From contig JALDTO010000266.1 of the NCBI GenBank assembly GCA_023515725.1, positions 1,982,729 through 2,046,728 on the forward strand: a stretch of DNA of 64,000 nucleotides, given 5' to 3'. Positions 1-14,221 of the stretch are shown here, one piece after another. Made by a program: the position numbers and the translations under genes. The number at the start of each line of letters is the position of its first letter. Positions within the stretch are counted from its first letter, which is position 1. Source of the stretch: Amoeboaphelidium protococcarum X5. Taxonomy: Eukaryota; Fungi; Aphelidiomycota. A model generated the notes under the pieces. The model did no database searches, was not told where the DNA came from, and saw only the letters and a program-made list of their open reading frames with translations.

Positions 1-1046
1 TTCTTTGCTTTCAAGCCACCATCCTAAATAGAAGAAGATTCTTCGCGAATGGCATTATAAACTCTCTATGATTCACTTTTAACATCAAGTACATAATATT
101 CCCATAACCTCAATTCAGACAATTTCTTCTCTTTGAACACAGCCAAAAATCTATCTATATCTGCATCATTAGTCACATCACCACTCAGACCATTTGATTT
201 TAAAGAAGCAGAAAACTCAGCCAAAGCTTAGTCCAATTCATAAGCCGGTCTCAAATGGGGCGAATTGATCAAATTATATCCAGCCTCTGGATGCTGCTGC
301 AGCCAAGCACTATTGTGTGCAGTGTGATTCCACACAATATCAGTGATACTTAGTACACCCAAGTTGCGCTAGAAATGTTAAATTTCACGATCAAGCAATT
401 GAAACTTATCTTCTGAGGCTGTACCAGACGGAAATAAATCATCAGACAATTCGAGCTAATCGAAAATAGAATACGGAGAACCAGATTCACCGCGCTGTTA
501 CATGGGCACAAAATGGATCATATTGTAACCGCCTTCACTGATCCACTGAATCTGCTCTCTCCACCCTTCAATAGATCCCATCCATTTCGGGACCAAGGTT
601 AATAGAGCAATAGAATCCATATGCATAATCTTGGTCAAATCATTACCATCCATAGAACTATGCTCAGCAAGACGATTGTTCAAACCAAGTCTCGGATCAA
701 CGATAAAAAATCCAGTCTCACTCCTAGTCATTCCTGCGGCAGTCTCAGATTCGATGTAATACTCAAAAGCACCAGCTTGAGTGATCACAATATCACAAAA
801 TCCATCTCTTAAAAAATCATAATCAAACTAGATATCATAGAATTGATGTCTATCAAAAGGCTTACCATCCACAGGATAGTTCGTTTTAAAGCATCCCTGA
901 CGCAGCACTTCAGCACCAGCTGGAACAATGAAACGTAACAGGTATGGAGCATGAGCATTAGGAGGCGGAAGCCTGATAAAAGATCTAGCATAATCCGGGG
1001 ATCCATTAGTCTCCAGATGTAGAATGAAAACCGTCTATAAGCTCAT
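1..1046 (-). CDS. GDB1: Glycogen debranching enzyme, N-terminal part (runs off window start)
   Basis: ATG at 1046; table-6 frame contains [27 protein letters not shown](TAA)[15 protein letters not shown] and [23 protein letters not shown], matching AGL/Gdb1 motifs. Confidence 0.93.
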
Positions 1047-1236
1047 AATTATTATGATAGATGATGATGACAGTATATCTTAGAGATCTGGTGGGAATAA
1101 CAACGAGATCGAGAGCGTTTAAGAGACAAGAAAGAAAGTGTGAACGAGAGACTGCGAATTGAATGAGACAACACACGAGAGAGAGAGAGAGTCATCTGTT
1201 TAATATTCAGGGATCTTTTAGATTAACCTTCATGAG

Positions 1237-3000
1237 TCATTTTTAAGCCACATTGTCGAAGTAGTAATTGCCCAGAGCTGCAATATAAGGAGGACGGATG
1301 GCACAATATCCAGCGCGATATTGAGCTCCACGAATATGCGATGGAACCGGTTGACTAAATTACTTCACCCAACTGTCATATGATATCAGACGGCAACATA
1401 CCAGTTGTAAAATCACCAATGTCTTTTGGCAATGATATGCTAATCTTGCACATGCATTTGGCGTGATATCGTCGCAGTAAGAGAACTACGCAACCTACAG
1501 AATTTGAGATAAGTTGGAAACCGCAGCGGATAAGGATGCATCAGTGATTGAAGTTCCTGGAATCGAAAGAACCGTGATAGCACAGTGAGTAACCAAATAA
1601 ATGATGCCTTCATCCGTGATAGCACTACATCCAGCCAAGTAAATATGCTTCAATGATGGACAGTGGTTTGCAATAGTGATAACGGATTCATTCGTTATGT
1701 TGGTGCACTTTCCAAGATAGATTTCGCGTAAATTACAGGAGAATTTAGATCCTGCGATTAAATTATTAATACCACAGTTGGTAATATTGGACAATAATGT
1801 AAAATTCAGGCGTTTTAGATCAGTCAGTCCATGCAAAGACTAAAGCGCGTGATTGGTGAGCTGAGAACATTGATCCACGGATAGCTCTTCTAACTTTGTG
1901 CAATTCATAGCCAGCTTTTCTATAAACTCATCGGAAACTGACTGTATGCGATCCAGTTGCAAACTAACCAGATATCTAGAATTACGCGCGATTGCGTCGA
2001 GGCAGCAATCATTCAGATTAGTGCAATCACTAAGGTTGAGATTAACAAACAGGGTGGTGTCAAAAATGGAAGCGAAAATATCGGTCAAAATATTACGACA
2101 TTACTTGAGGTGCAGATTCTTCAAATGCTCTAGTTTGAGAATTGATAAACTCGTTAGGTTGCCAGCATTTGAGCAGCCGTTCAGGTTCAAGTCCATTAAT
2201 AGAGGAAGGCCGTTCACTGTGTGAGAGATCGCACGATCAGATAGCATAGGACAGAATTATAGCGAAAGTCTTCGTAAGGTATGTTACAGGAAATTCAATG
2301 GCAATTTCAATAGCAACTCATCGGTAATTTAAGCACAATAGCCTAAATCAATCGATTTGCAATGAGTTAGCAGAGGCAGAGTCAACCGAATATAGTGGCA
2401 AGGTAATTCGATATCATCATAAGCCTATGACGCGTTGTTGAAACATACGGAGAACATTCGGACTAAAGACGCGTGAGCACCATTGGTATAAGACATTAAA
2501 TCTTAAGATGCGCACTAATTCTTAGCAAAATCGACACCATTGTGTTGAGAATTGACAAAAGTTTCATGCACAGAGACGAATGAGCTCTGACGCGACACAG
2601 CTTAGGATGAATCAATTGAAACAAAATCTTGATCGCCAATCAAACGAGACAGTTTTCGTTTCAAACCATTCTTGCCAAGGCCTGGACTTTGTTCAAGGCT
2701 TCCGATGTTGACTTGGTTATCAATACGGTATGGAACGTGACCGTTCATACACAAGACAAATTTCAAAAGTCGAACGTGTTAACCATAATACCAAGGAATA
2801 TTGCTCTTATTTGACGTTTCAGATTAACACTGACATCCGTCAATCTGCTTACACAACTAACTCAAAGTCACTTCACGCCACAGAATTCTCACTGCAACTT
2901 CAGACATTTAATGGTTCACACATAGTGCTACATATAGACACCTCTTGCAAAGATAGGCCAATATTTTGTTCAAAACTTCAACTGGAAGTTGATCTAGCAT
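1237..3000 (-). CDS. F-box/leucine-rich-repeat protein (FBXL/Grr1-like)
   Basis: N-terminal F-box (MLDQLPVEVLNKILAYL) followed by cysteine-containing LRRs (LxxLxLxxCxxITD); one frame with only TAR interruptions in the parts checked; TGA at 1237-1239. Confidence 0.85.
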
Positions 3001-3408
3001 TTCAAAATGTGCAACACGTTCTAAATGTGTTTGTTTATATCGGAAAGAGAATGGAACGTGGCGTGCTGCTGTCATGTTCAGATCTCGTTTCACATTGCAT
3101 GTTTCACCCAAATCGTTTACCTGGCAGTATAAAACGGTGCTGTCGGTTTAAGATCCAAGTTGATCAGAGTATGATACGTTAATATGTAAAGATATATCAC
3201 CGTAAGCTGTTTATACCTGTTAGATTGAAGAAAGCTCTACTATAAAACATTAATTGAATTAAAAGACCTAAATTTGGAAGGCGTAACAAGTCACTTGTTT
3301 TCGAATAATACGGATATACTGTACTACATAGTAGTGGCCTGCGTTAAATCGAATCTGCCTGCCACCATCATTCTCACGCGTCCCTTTCCGCAAACACGAT
3401 CTCGAAAA

Positions 3409-4478
3409 ATGCCGTCTGTTTTGTCCATTCTGTAGGACGTCTACCAAGTGTGCAGTTAATTTTTTGCATGGAATGAACAGCACGTGCCTGCTGCTCAAGA
3501 TGTATTTTCATATGAGAACTTGGCGCACCCTTTAAAGTTGAGTCTGATCTATGCTGGGTGTTACGGCCTTCTACATCTCGTGTCTTGCCAGTTGATTCAT
3601 AGAGCCCTTGGCAAGAATAGGCTAGCTATGCTGTCCAATGTAGAAAAAGTATACCTTGTTGAAAAGTATGGTTTTTATTCCAATGAGTTGTTAATTGAAT
3701 ATTGATTAACAATCTGTGTAGAGTCTGCTCATCCGTCAACAGTTTGGTGACTGGGTTTGCTGGACTGCGCGCTGTACTTCCATTTCTGTTTGGTCAATAA
3801 ATGCGTTATGTTCATACATTTGGAATTTTTCAGTACTATCCTGCCAGTCTGACTCATATACTTAGTTCATATGTTGGGTATTCCATATATGATATGGCGG
3901 TTATGATGTTCCAGACATTCTATGATGAAGATTTGATTATGTGGGCCCATCACTTTGTGGGACTAATGGGTGCATTCCTAATGATGCTGTATAGAAGGGC
4001 GTCTTATTTCCCTGTGGCGTTTCTAATCAGTGAAATTACCGTGTTTCCAACCAACATTGTCTGGTACATCAAGACTTTGTAAAAGTGTGGGTACCGATTT
4101 AATCCGCTGATCCAGCATTAGGCTTACAATTTAAGAAATGTGAGCTTTTTGGTATTTAGAACTTTTCTGGCTCCCGTATGTTTGTACTACGCGTGGACCT
4201 AGATTGATAACGCTATTGACTTGAAAGACGCTTTAAATAGCGGGGTTAGCCAGCTGGGATTTGATGACAAGATACAAATCATCCTAAAATAAGCCCGCGA
4301 GCTTCCCCTCGTTGTTAGCGTTGGAACTGTATTTAATATGGCAACTCTAGGATGGATGAACTTTTATTGGACAATGATGGCTCTGAAAAGTGCACTCAAA
4401 TCTCAAAAGAAGACGGAAGGTTCCCCAATAAAGTCCAACTACATGGAGACCATTAGTGGAGGCTTAAAAGACGAGTGA
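3409..4478 (+). CDS. TLC-domain membrane protein (TLCD/TMEM56-like), one intron 3666-3721
   Basis: Multiple hydrophobic segments; GYSIYD, WAHHF, ISEITVFPTN and FLVFR motifs; a GTATGG...GTGTAG intron joins the two frames; TGA at 4476. Confidence 0.8.
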
Positions 4479-4897
4479 TGAGGCCGCCTATTGAATAACT
4501 TCCTTTTCCCCCCTCTATTGCTAGTTTCATTTTTTTTTACTTAATACTGTACAATAAACTTGAATTAATGAACGACCGAAAAAGCCAATATAAGATCTAT
4601 AGGTCACCACAAAGACCAATCCAAGAATGTCAATTGAATGAGGATGGGGAACGTTTGTGATTTGAACGATCGTTTCCAAAGCAATGGTTGTTGTTGAAAC
4701 GATATCGCTGATGAGGCGTTTGTTGTTTCACATTCTTCTTGCCCAAACAGTGAATTGCCTCTCATCCACAGAAACACATCGCCCGTCGTATTTGAGTCGA
4801 TTCTCAGCGCTAGCTCGTCTCTCTTCCTTTCAACAACAACAACTTGTTTGAACATTAATTAATTAGTTAACAACAAACTTCTAATTACATCTGAATC

Positions 4898-5348
4898 ATG
4901 TCTTGGTAAACTTACGTCGACTAAAACCTTGTTGGTACTAAGAAAATTGCTAAGGGTGCTATCCATGGTCTTGATGGTAACCCATGGGCTACCTCTGCTG
5001 GTCTGGCTGTAAGTTTATACCACTATTACTCTCATGTTCACATTATTCTTATATCTGTCTCTTTTCTTATATGTGTAGTTGAAGCCTCAGGAAGTTTAGG
5101 AGCTGATCAAGGGCTTCAAGGATGCTAACGCTCTGCGTGCTTCCGGTCTGAAGTTGAACGCTGTCAAGTACATCGTCATCCGTGCTGATGACAGATCAAT
5201 CTACGGCAAGCAGGGTACTGGTGGTGTTGTCTGCGTCAAGACCAAGTCTGCTGTGTTGATTGGCTTCTACGATGAGTCTGCTCAACCTGGTGAGGCTACC
5301 AAGGTTGTTGAGCAGTTGGCTGACTACTTGATCAGCGTCAACTACTGA
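4898..5348 (+). CDS. PFY1: Profilin, one intron 5009-5078
   Basis: MSWQ(TAA)TYVDQ(TAA)NLVGT...KYIVIRADDRSIYGKQGTGG...VVEQLADYLISVNY-TGA. Confidence 0.97.
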
Positions 5349-5794
5349 GCCAGGCGATGTAGTGCTCATATGTGGTGGCCCCGGTCGTATTGAATGAATA
5401 ATGAGAATATGAGTGGAATGAAGAAAATCTTTTAAAAACTTTGTATTATTTCTTAATAATTTCCCTTTCATTTGATATCATCCCTTTACAGCAACTTATG
5501 GCGTTGCTTTACTTATACTTAATTTTGATACAATTAGCTTACCAAATCAAGAACCATGTGCGATTATAAAAAGAGAGTTTCAAAGCGGAGGCGCATTGAA
5601 CTTTTTCGCTGAGAAATTCTCTCGCGCACGCCTTCACTCGGATAAGAATGAAGTAAGCAATCATCATCATCGACCAGTTTTTTCGACGAGACTTTTCATT
5701 GCGTCAGACTTCTTTATTCTTTTGAGTGAGTGATTGATTGAGAGATTATCTGCTGTTATTGGCAATACAATATTCATAGAGGTGTGTATAGAGA

Positions 5795-7510
5795 ATGAAG
5801 GCGATGTAAGACTCGGTTTTGAGTAGACTGAGCAAATTCAAGTCTGTCTGTCCATTCTTGAATAGAACTCCGATTGAGCAGCTGCGTTCCATGATGTAAT
5901 GCCCGGTAAACGTTGGCGCTGCTACTGCCGCCGACTCTAGCCATGGCATGTAAAAGTGTACCAAGTGTCCATTTAATAGCGGCTGTTATGTGTCCGCCTC
6001 AGTTGCTGGCGAGATGGCACCGGCTCATCATCATCCTGTCGCCGAAGAGAGACCGTCAGTGCTGGCCGCGCTTGCCTCCTAAAAGTGTCCAGTGATGAAG
6101 ACTGCATTTGAAGAAGCTGCGGCTAGTAATAGTTTCTAGGCTGGTGATTTATCTTCTGCGATAACTCTTGAGACTCCTCTATCTTATCAACGCAACGGCT
6201 TTAGTTATGATTAGTTCTTTAGTGAGTAGATTGATAATAAGAAGGCTGATGGTTCGTACCGCTACTTTTAAAAGATCAGTAGATTAGCTCAGGATGTACC
6301 TAATGCACAATATTCTAATAGCGAGGCGAAAAAAGTGACCGTTTGGTGCAGCAACGACTACTTGGGAATGTCGCGTCATCCGAAGGTTGTGAAAGCAGTT
6401 CATGACGCGGTTGACCTGTATGGCACAGGCAGTGGAGGTACTCGTAACATTGCTGGTAACAATGAATTGCACTCCCGGTTAGAGCACAGTCTTGCCTCAT
6501 TGCATCAGAAATAGTCTGCTCTGCTATTCAGTTCATGCTACGTGGCTAATGACTCCACCATCGCCACTATATGCAATAAACTACCTGATTGTCTTATTCT
6601 CAGTGATTCAAGTAACCATGCTTCTATAATTCAAGGTATTCTGAGGAGCAAGAATGTGGAGAAGAAGGTGTTTCGTCATAATGATGTTGAGCATTTGGAA
6701 TAGTTGCTGTAGGAGCAGCCTGCGGAACGACCGAAGCTGATTATCTATGAGTCTGTATACTCCATGTGCGGATCTATTGGGCCTATTAGGGAGATCACCT
6801 AGTTGGCAAAGAAGTATGGCGCGCTGACTATGCTAGATGAAGTCCACGCTGTTGGAATGTATGGAGATAGCGGAGCCGGGGTCGCGCAGATAACTGGTGA
6901 TATGGAGGATGTAGATATTATTAGTGGCACTCTGGGCAAGGCGTATGGATGTGTCGGCGGATACATTGCCGGAAGTCACAATCTGGTTGATTTTATCAGA
7001 TCATATGCTAGTGGATTCATTTTTACCACTTCTCTGCCTCCAGCTATTGTTAATGGAGCGCTTGCCAGTGTTGAGCATTTGAAATTGTCAAGTGAAGAGA
7101 GAATGTTGCAGCAGTACAATTCTGTTGCACTAAAGGCACGGCTCGCACATTATAAGATTCCAGTCATTCCGAATCCATCACACATTGTGCCTGTTCTCAT
7201 CGGTGATGCTCACAAGTCTTTCCAGGTATCGTAGTATTTGTTGGATGAGCACCAGATCTACGTGCAATCCATCAACTATCCAACTGTTGCAAAAGGTACA
7301 GAGCGCCTGAGAATTACACCTGGACCTTTTCATTCTGAATCTGATATGGATCGTCTGGTGGATGCACTTTAGGATGTTTGGTAAAAGTTCGGATTGTAGT
7401 ATTCGACAGACTATGAGCGCGTCATCTAGTCTAATGACATGCCTTTATAGATGAAGCCTTGGATGTCTCTTGGCTTAGGAGATGAAGTGCAACAGCTTGT
7501 GAAATGTTGA
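5795..7510 (+). CDS. HEM1: 5-aminolevulinate synthase, mitochondrial
   Basis: [30 protein letters not shown] and SGTLGKAYG (PLP lysine); N-terminal Cys-Pro motifs; TGA at 7508. Confidence 0.96.
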
Positions 7511-7635
7511 GCGAATATTAAAATGTTTGAGTATAATGTGATCTTTAATTTGCATCGCTGATAACTTTCTTTTCACAATTTGCTATTCTAACAATTGTAT
7601 ACTGTATAATTATAACGAAATTTATAGTGTTTAAC

Positions 7636-8205
7636 ATGGTCAACTTTCCGGCATTCAAGATTGGGCTTTTGCTTATTAAATAGGTATCAAAGCCGATAGC
7701 ATCATATGTGAAGAAGCAGGCTGCATAAAGGGAGGGATTCCGTCAGGTGATTATCAAATTTGCTTAAGGCTATCATAGATTAGACGTAAGATTGAAGCGG
7801 CGACAAGCTGGCATAAATATATCTGGCGATTAATAACAAGTTAAAACGATGTAAGACTAAGGCTATAACTCTGAATAGTAACGGATAGCTGCTTAACAAT
7901 ATCAAGCGGGCATTAACGGTCAGTCGAGGAACTAACAATAACAACAACAATAGGCAAGCAGCGAAACGAAGAATCGCATCCGCCCGCTGGAAGAGGGACG
8001 CGCAATTGAACTTGCTGCAAATCTCATTGGAGAGACGTTCATCTTCTCGGTGGCTGTCATGGTGGTCATTTTAGAGACTTATCGAAAGAAAGTGGACGAT
8101 GATAAGAAGTAGCAGAATCTGATTGATCTTGAGCGTCGATTATCAGAGATGGAAAGTCGTGTCGCTGTACTCAGTGCATCGTCAGCCTCGAACGGGTCAA
8201 AATGA
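7636..8205 (+). CDS. OPA3: OPA3-like mitochondrial protein (absent from ORF track)
   Basis: MVNFPAFKIGLLLIKQ(TAG)VSKPIA...IRPLEEGRAIELAANLIGETFIFSVA; Gln-rich insert; TGA at 8203. Confidence 0.9.
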
Positions 8206-8648
8206 AGATAATTTTGTGATTTATTATGCCTAGATATTTATTATCACATGGATGATATTTAATTTGCGCTATTTGTTTATATTATTCTGGTACTTGAGTC
8301 ACCTGAAAGTATGTTGTTATCGCTTTCATCGTAATGCATTGCACGAAACAACATCAGTTCTTCACCATCCTTTATCGTACAATATCGCACTTTTAACTTA
8401 AGACTCAATATTGTCCGACATTGAATAAATTTGAGGCCCTTCAGCCATCTAAATGTTTAGTTAAAAGGATCAAGAATATGTATATTGACGGATTGATTGA
8501 TGCCCAGACAGCAGAGGTGGTAAAAATAGCCTCCGTTTAAACTTGTTTAATTTTAGAATTGCCTGTCTCTCTCTAAAACAAAATCAAGTCACGTTCATCC
8601 CATCACATCTGCCTACTCTTTTTATTATCTATCAATTGCAGATCATTC

Positions 8649-8679
8649 TGAGTGAGTAAGTAAGTAAGTAAGTAAGTAA
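8649..8679 (+). repeat. (TGAG)2(TAAG)n tetranucleotide tract just upstream of the cyclin Y ATG
   Basis: Read directly from sequence. Confidence 0.9.
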
Positions 8680-8701
8680 TACATATATAACTGCTATTAG
8701 T

Positions 8702-11700
8702 ATGAGCTAAGTGCAGTCAGAGTTTGATTAAACACGAAGAATGGCGTCGCGCGACCAAAGTGAAACAGAAAATACAGACGACGGTATCAATGACCGTGTG
8801 GCGAAGCAACTATAAAATGATGACGTGTGCTAGAAGTTGGGTTAGATGCGCGTGGACTCTGAAGAGAGCTAATAATTTCTGGAGGTGGCAGAATCCATGC
8901 AGTCCATAGTATCTGATGCCTCAACTCCCCTCAACTTCTCTGCCACCTCAATTAACCTCGATGAAGATGGAGTCGAGATTAAGAATGGATCACATGCACC
9001 TGATAATACATTGACATTGGACAATTACGCGATAATCAGCTTCGATGACAGCGATTAAAAGGGTTTGGATTTGATTTCGGTGTAGCCGAGCGCACGTAAT
9101 AGTAGGCCAAGATCAATAACACTGCCGGATGGTAATGCAGATTTACAATTGGTGAAAGCCGCCCTGGAAGGACAGTCTAAATCCATTGGCAAATCAAAAG
9201 ATGATGGCAGTGGCATACAAAAGTCTATGAAAATTGGTGGTGGTCTTCAATTGGATAAATCTGGGAAATCAACTCTGGTGGAAAAGTCTGCTAGTCATGA
9301 TGCACTCAAATAGGCCAGTGCTGAGTCTAGTATTCAAACTGGTTATGGTGTGCTTGGCAGTGGTAATCATGCTAAAGGACTTCAATCATCAGTATCTATA
9401 AGCAGTGTGGAAAAGCGAGAGACCAAGTCATTTGCCGGCTTTTTAAAGAAGTTGAAGAATAGGACCACATAGTAAAAGTACAATGCTGCTTCTCTTGCTT
9501 CGGACTCTCTACATCCATTGACTAGACGCGACTCCAAGTAATCAGTGACTGACATGCTGAATGATCCATTGAGTGCATACTACAGACAGAGAATCGATCA
9601 AGACAGGGACGTTACTGAGGTTTTGGACCTGTTGTAGAAGATGGTTAATTATCCTAAAAAGTATGAAAATTGGAGATCCCCCGTCATTGGTGATGAGATG
9701 TATATCACTGATATTCTTTTTTATGGCGATATAGAGGTTTTTAGTCGTCTCAGCCCATCTGTAAGTACAGCATCTAATTTGCATGAGTACGCGTCAAAGG
9801 TGTCCAGTGCTTCAAGAAGTTTATACACTGTAAATGATAATTCAGAGTCTAGTGGATCTAGCGGGCTATCTGCAAGCGCCGAATTTATTCCGGATCAATC
9901 TGATATGATAGACAATGCGTACTTGAATAAGTCAAAGAGTCTGAATGTCGACAACCAGGATGATTCCAATGTTTTCAATCGATCATAGAGTCTGTTGAAT
10001 TAGAGCTTTGCTACAGTTGCGTTGGCATCGTCCAGTAGCGATGTGCCTGTGTATTTAAGCGTGTCTCAGCCTTCACCAAAGTATCAGAATATGAAGTACA
10101 GATCGCTAGACTTGAGTACTAAGCTGGGCAATGATGTTAATGATTCTATCAGTGCTAGTATCTTAAAGTCCTCTGTGAATAGCTCTCGTATGTCTGTCCG
10201 CACTTCTGTCGATTCTTCATTGTTACGCAGACAATCGTTGCTGAATTCTATGAAAGCACCAAAGCTTCCCAAGAAACCAGTTCCTACTAAGGGAATTAAA
10301 AGCAATTTGGACGACGTGAATTCCAGTAATAAGTCGCTGAAGAAATTTAATTCATGTACCACGCTTTTCAGTATAGACAATAGTCTGTATACGTCCATTG
10401 GCAAGCCTGAGTATCTCGATGTGACTTTGAAAGTGTTTTCTTATGCTGTGTCTCAGCACTTGGAGAGAACATATGCATTTTGGAAGATTTTGAATCAGTT
10501 TGATGACACTAAGAAAAAGGCATCACGTAGAAGTAGTTCAGCGTCCGTCAGGCCTAATAGTCTTATGTCATCTCCAAAGTTGGGAGCCAAGTCGACGTTT
10601 CCAAAGGAAGTCAAGTTGCCGCCTAATCATGAACATCATCTCGCATCTAGGTGCTTTAAATCTGTTGATATATTCAGCGAAAAGTTGAATCCCTTGTGGA
10701 AAGTGCGTTACATTCCTGATGAAGTTTAGTAGCACCCAGAAATTATGTAACCTCCGACGCAGCAAGAATTGTATCATTTTCTGAAGCAGTTGTTCTATGC
10801 TGCAGATTTGACAGCAGAAGTTGCTATCGTGTCGCTGATTTACATGGAGCGATTGCTGGAGAAGACCAAGGTATCTTTGCATGGCCTGAACGTTTTCAGA
10901 GCTTTGTTATCCAGTGTTATGATGGCAGCAAAGATTTGGGATGATCAGGCTGTGTGGAATGTTGATTTCAAGACGATCATGTAAGATTTGAAGCTATCCG
11001 GATTGAATCAGATGGAAAAGTGGTGGTTGAAGACTATCAATTGGAATATATCTGTAAAGAAGGCGCAGTTTGCGAGTTATTGGTTTGAAATTCGAGAATG
11101 TGCCGAGAAAGAATTTGGTGATAGAGTAAAGTTGTTCAAGAATTAATAATCTGTTAATGTCGCGTAGAGTGGTTCAAAGTTCCCGACTAGTTTGGTGGAG
11201 GTGAACACGAAAAGGTAAAGTTAAGTATCTGCTGAGCTGCGCGCTGATCATCGGCGATTGTCTAAGCAGCTAAGTCAGACCAAGGCTTTCCAAGATTAAG
11301 CTTCGAGTAATAGCTAAGGGATAAGGTCCGCGTCTCACAAGTCATTATCACGTAGTAGCACTTCATAATACGTGATTAAGAAGGCAACGACTGTACCAGA
11401 GGCTGAGCGTCAAAGTGATCCTCTCGTTCCCTCAAAGAGCTTAACTATCTCGATTGAAGTTGGTAGTTTTATAAAGCCTCTCACTGAACAACAGATGGAA
11501 TAACTGGCCACAGCAACTACATATTCACAGACGAAGATTCGCTAGGATTTTAGCAATAATCTCAAAGCGCCGAGTAACATGTCTAGCTAAGCGAGTAATT
11601 TGGATATAGCGAGACGGTCGTCCGCTATTAGCAGTGTGCATGTTAGCCATGGTGCGATCTCTCTGCATACCAGCAATTTTCCAGTCTATGGAAACGTATC

Positions 11701-12043
11701 TGAGAGGCTGTATGTCCCAGATCAGCAGTCGATGTTTGCAAAGCGTTTCAGTGTTGACTCCAAGATGCCTCAGTCAAAGCAAGATAATGTGCTGAATCAC
11801 TACTTGCGCCCCTCTTCAGGTCATTAGAACAGAGAGAGCGGCATATCGAGAGAAAGTGTATCAGAAGAAGTGGCGTCAAATGTGTCTGGCACGTAGAGAA
11901 CGCTGAACGAGTGCGAAGAGAAACCTGTGTTAATGTCCAAACTAAATCAACACGTCGACATCAAGTGGGGCGGTAACAACTTGAGACGCGCTAAAAGTGA
12001 CAATATATTCCTCCCTGCGATCCCGGCTGCAAGTGTCATTTGA
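8702..12043 (+). CDS. Cyclin Y-like protein (~1113 aa) with long low-complexity extensions
   Basis: LFYAADLTAEVAIVSLIYMERLL...AAKIWDDQAVWNVDF is the cyclin Y box; four supplied ORFs lie in one frame, joined through TAR codons; TGA at 12041. Confidence 0.85.
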
Positions 12044-12305
12044 TAACAGAGTATTCATATGTACTGTATAGACAATAGAATTTTTCATTTAATAACACAA
12101 TTGTTAATTTGATCTTTAGTTGTTGGTAAGACATGAAATGTATAACAGGTTACTACAATTTTGTAAGACTATACCGTTAAATTTCACTGCAGATCGATCG
12201 CTGAGTTTAAACTAAATTTCACACACGCGATTAGGTCCTCTTTTACCTTATCTGTAAATTAAAAGCGCCTAACTTAAAGGTATAAGTAAAGAAATTATAT
12301 TAATC

Positions 12306-14221
12306 ATGTGTGGAATATTTGCAGTATTTGGGTATAAGGACGATCCTGTGCAATTAAGACAGAAAGCTGTTCAGTTATCCAAGCGGTATTTCATAGATCT
12401 AGAACACCGGGTAGTTATAATAACATAACGATTAAAGTGTGTAGAATTCGTCATAGAGGACCAGATTGGAGCGGTGTGAACTAGTTGAGTAGCGCTGATG
12501 GAAAGTCTCATCATATCATCTGTCACGAAAGATTAGCCATTGTCGGTGTCGTTAGTGGAGCGCAGCCTCTGGTCAGCGATGATGGATACGTTGTGCTGTG
12601 TGTTAATGGAGAAATTTACAATCACATTGCACTGCAAGATATGCTGATTGCCAAACGCTTGAAAGAGGGCCGACCTGAGCCTCAATTCACCACTGGTAGT
12701 GATTGTGAGGTTATCATGTATTTGTGGGAGGATTTCGGATTGGATATGCTGTCCATGTTGGATGGTATGTTTGCCTTTGTTCTCTACGATAAACGTGAGG
12801 ATAGATACATTGCCGCGCGTGATGCTATCGGTGTAATCCCTCTGTATCAAGGCAGAAGTATGGTTGATGGATCTGTTTGGTTCTCCAGCGAGATGAAGAC
12901 GATTTATGAAGATACTGCTTATTCTGGTGTTGGCTCTTCTTCATAAAAGGATTCCTTAATCTTTGCATTTGAACCTGGTTGTGTCTATGACTCTTAGAAT
13001 GCTCAGGTAACTCGTTGGTTTAGTCCGGACTGGTTCAGTGTGGACTTTAAGCCTCCAGCTGCACCCGCAGATTGTCTGTCTGCAGATGGTAGTGTTGTCA
13101 AATTTCCACCTACATTATTATCCAAGTTGAAAGAGACTTTGGAGAGAAGTGTGGAGATGCACATGATGGCAGAGGTTCCTTATGGTGTTCTACTCAGTGG
13201 TGGATTGGATAGTTCTCTGATTGCTTCCATTGCTGCCAGATTGAACAATAGACTATCACATGCGAAGTCTCCGGTTATCAGCGAGCGAATGTCTTGGGGA
13301 AATAAGCTGCATTCGTTCTCTATTGGATTGAAGGATTCACCTGATCTACTGGCTGCCAGATAAGTGGCAAAGCATATAAAGACGCGTCATTTCGAGTTCA
13401 ACTTCACCATAGATGAAGGATTGGATGCTATTCGCGATGTCATCTACCACTTGGAAACTTACGATGTCACAACAATTAGAGCGTCCACACCGATGTACTT
13501 ATTGAGTAGAAAGATCAAGGCGATGGGTGTGAAGATGGTGCTGTCCGGAGAGGGAGCAGATGAGATGTTTGGCGGTTACTTGTACTTTCACGATGCTCCG
13601 GATGATCATTCTCTGCATCAGGAGACTGTGGCCAGAGTCAAGTTGCTGCACACCAGCGATTGTCTTCGTGCAAATAAGAGTACGATGGCGTGGGGTCTCG
13701 AGGCGAGGGTGCCATTCTTGACGAACAAGGACTTTCTGCAGTTTGTGATGGCTGAGATTCCAGCAGAGTTTAAACATCCGCGATTGACTCCGAAGCATAT
13801 TGAGAAGGAGATTCTGAGATAGGCTTTCGATGTTGAAGAGGATGATGGCAATGGCTATGTTACTCCATATCTACCTAAGGATATCTTGTGGAGATAGAAG
13901 GAGCAGTTTAGTGATGGTGTTGGATACAGTTGGATCGACACTCTACGTGATAATATTGGACAGTCTGTCAGCGAGTAGTAGTGGTAAGATCGCGCTCAAT
14001 TGTTCCCGTACAATACTCCAACAACCAGGGAAGCTTTCCATTATCGCCAGGTATTTGAAGATCTGTTCTGTTAGCCAAGCGGCTCTGTGTCTGAAGATAT
14101 GGTGAAAGCTGGCAAGTTGGATGTCCTCAAAACCGTGGTCAAGTGGATTCCGCGTAAGGATTGGGGCTGTGCTGAAGATCCATCCGGAAGAGCGTAGAAG
14201 AGCCACCAGAAGAAGATATGA
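12306..14221 (+). CDS. ASN1: Glutamine-hydrolysing asparagine synthetase, one intron 12386-12444
   Basis: [50 protein letters not shown](TAG)[15 protein letters not shown]. Confidence 0.97.
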
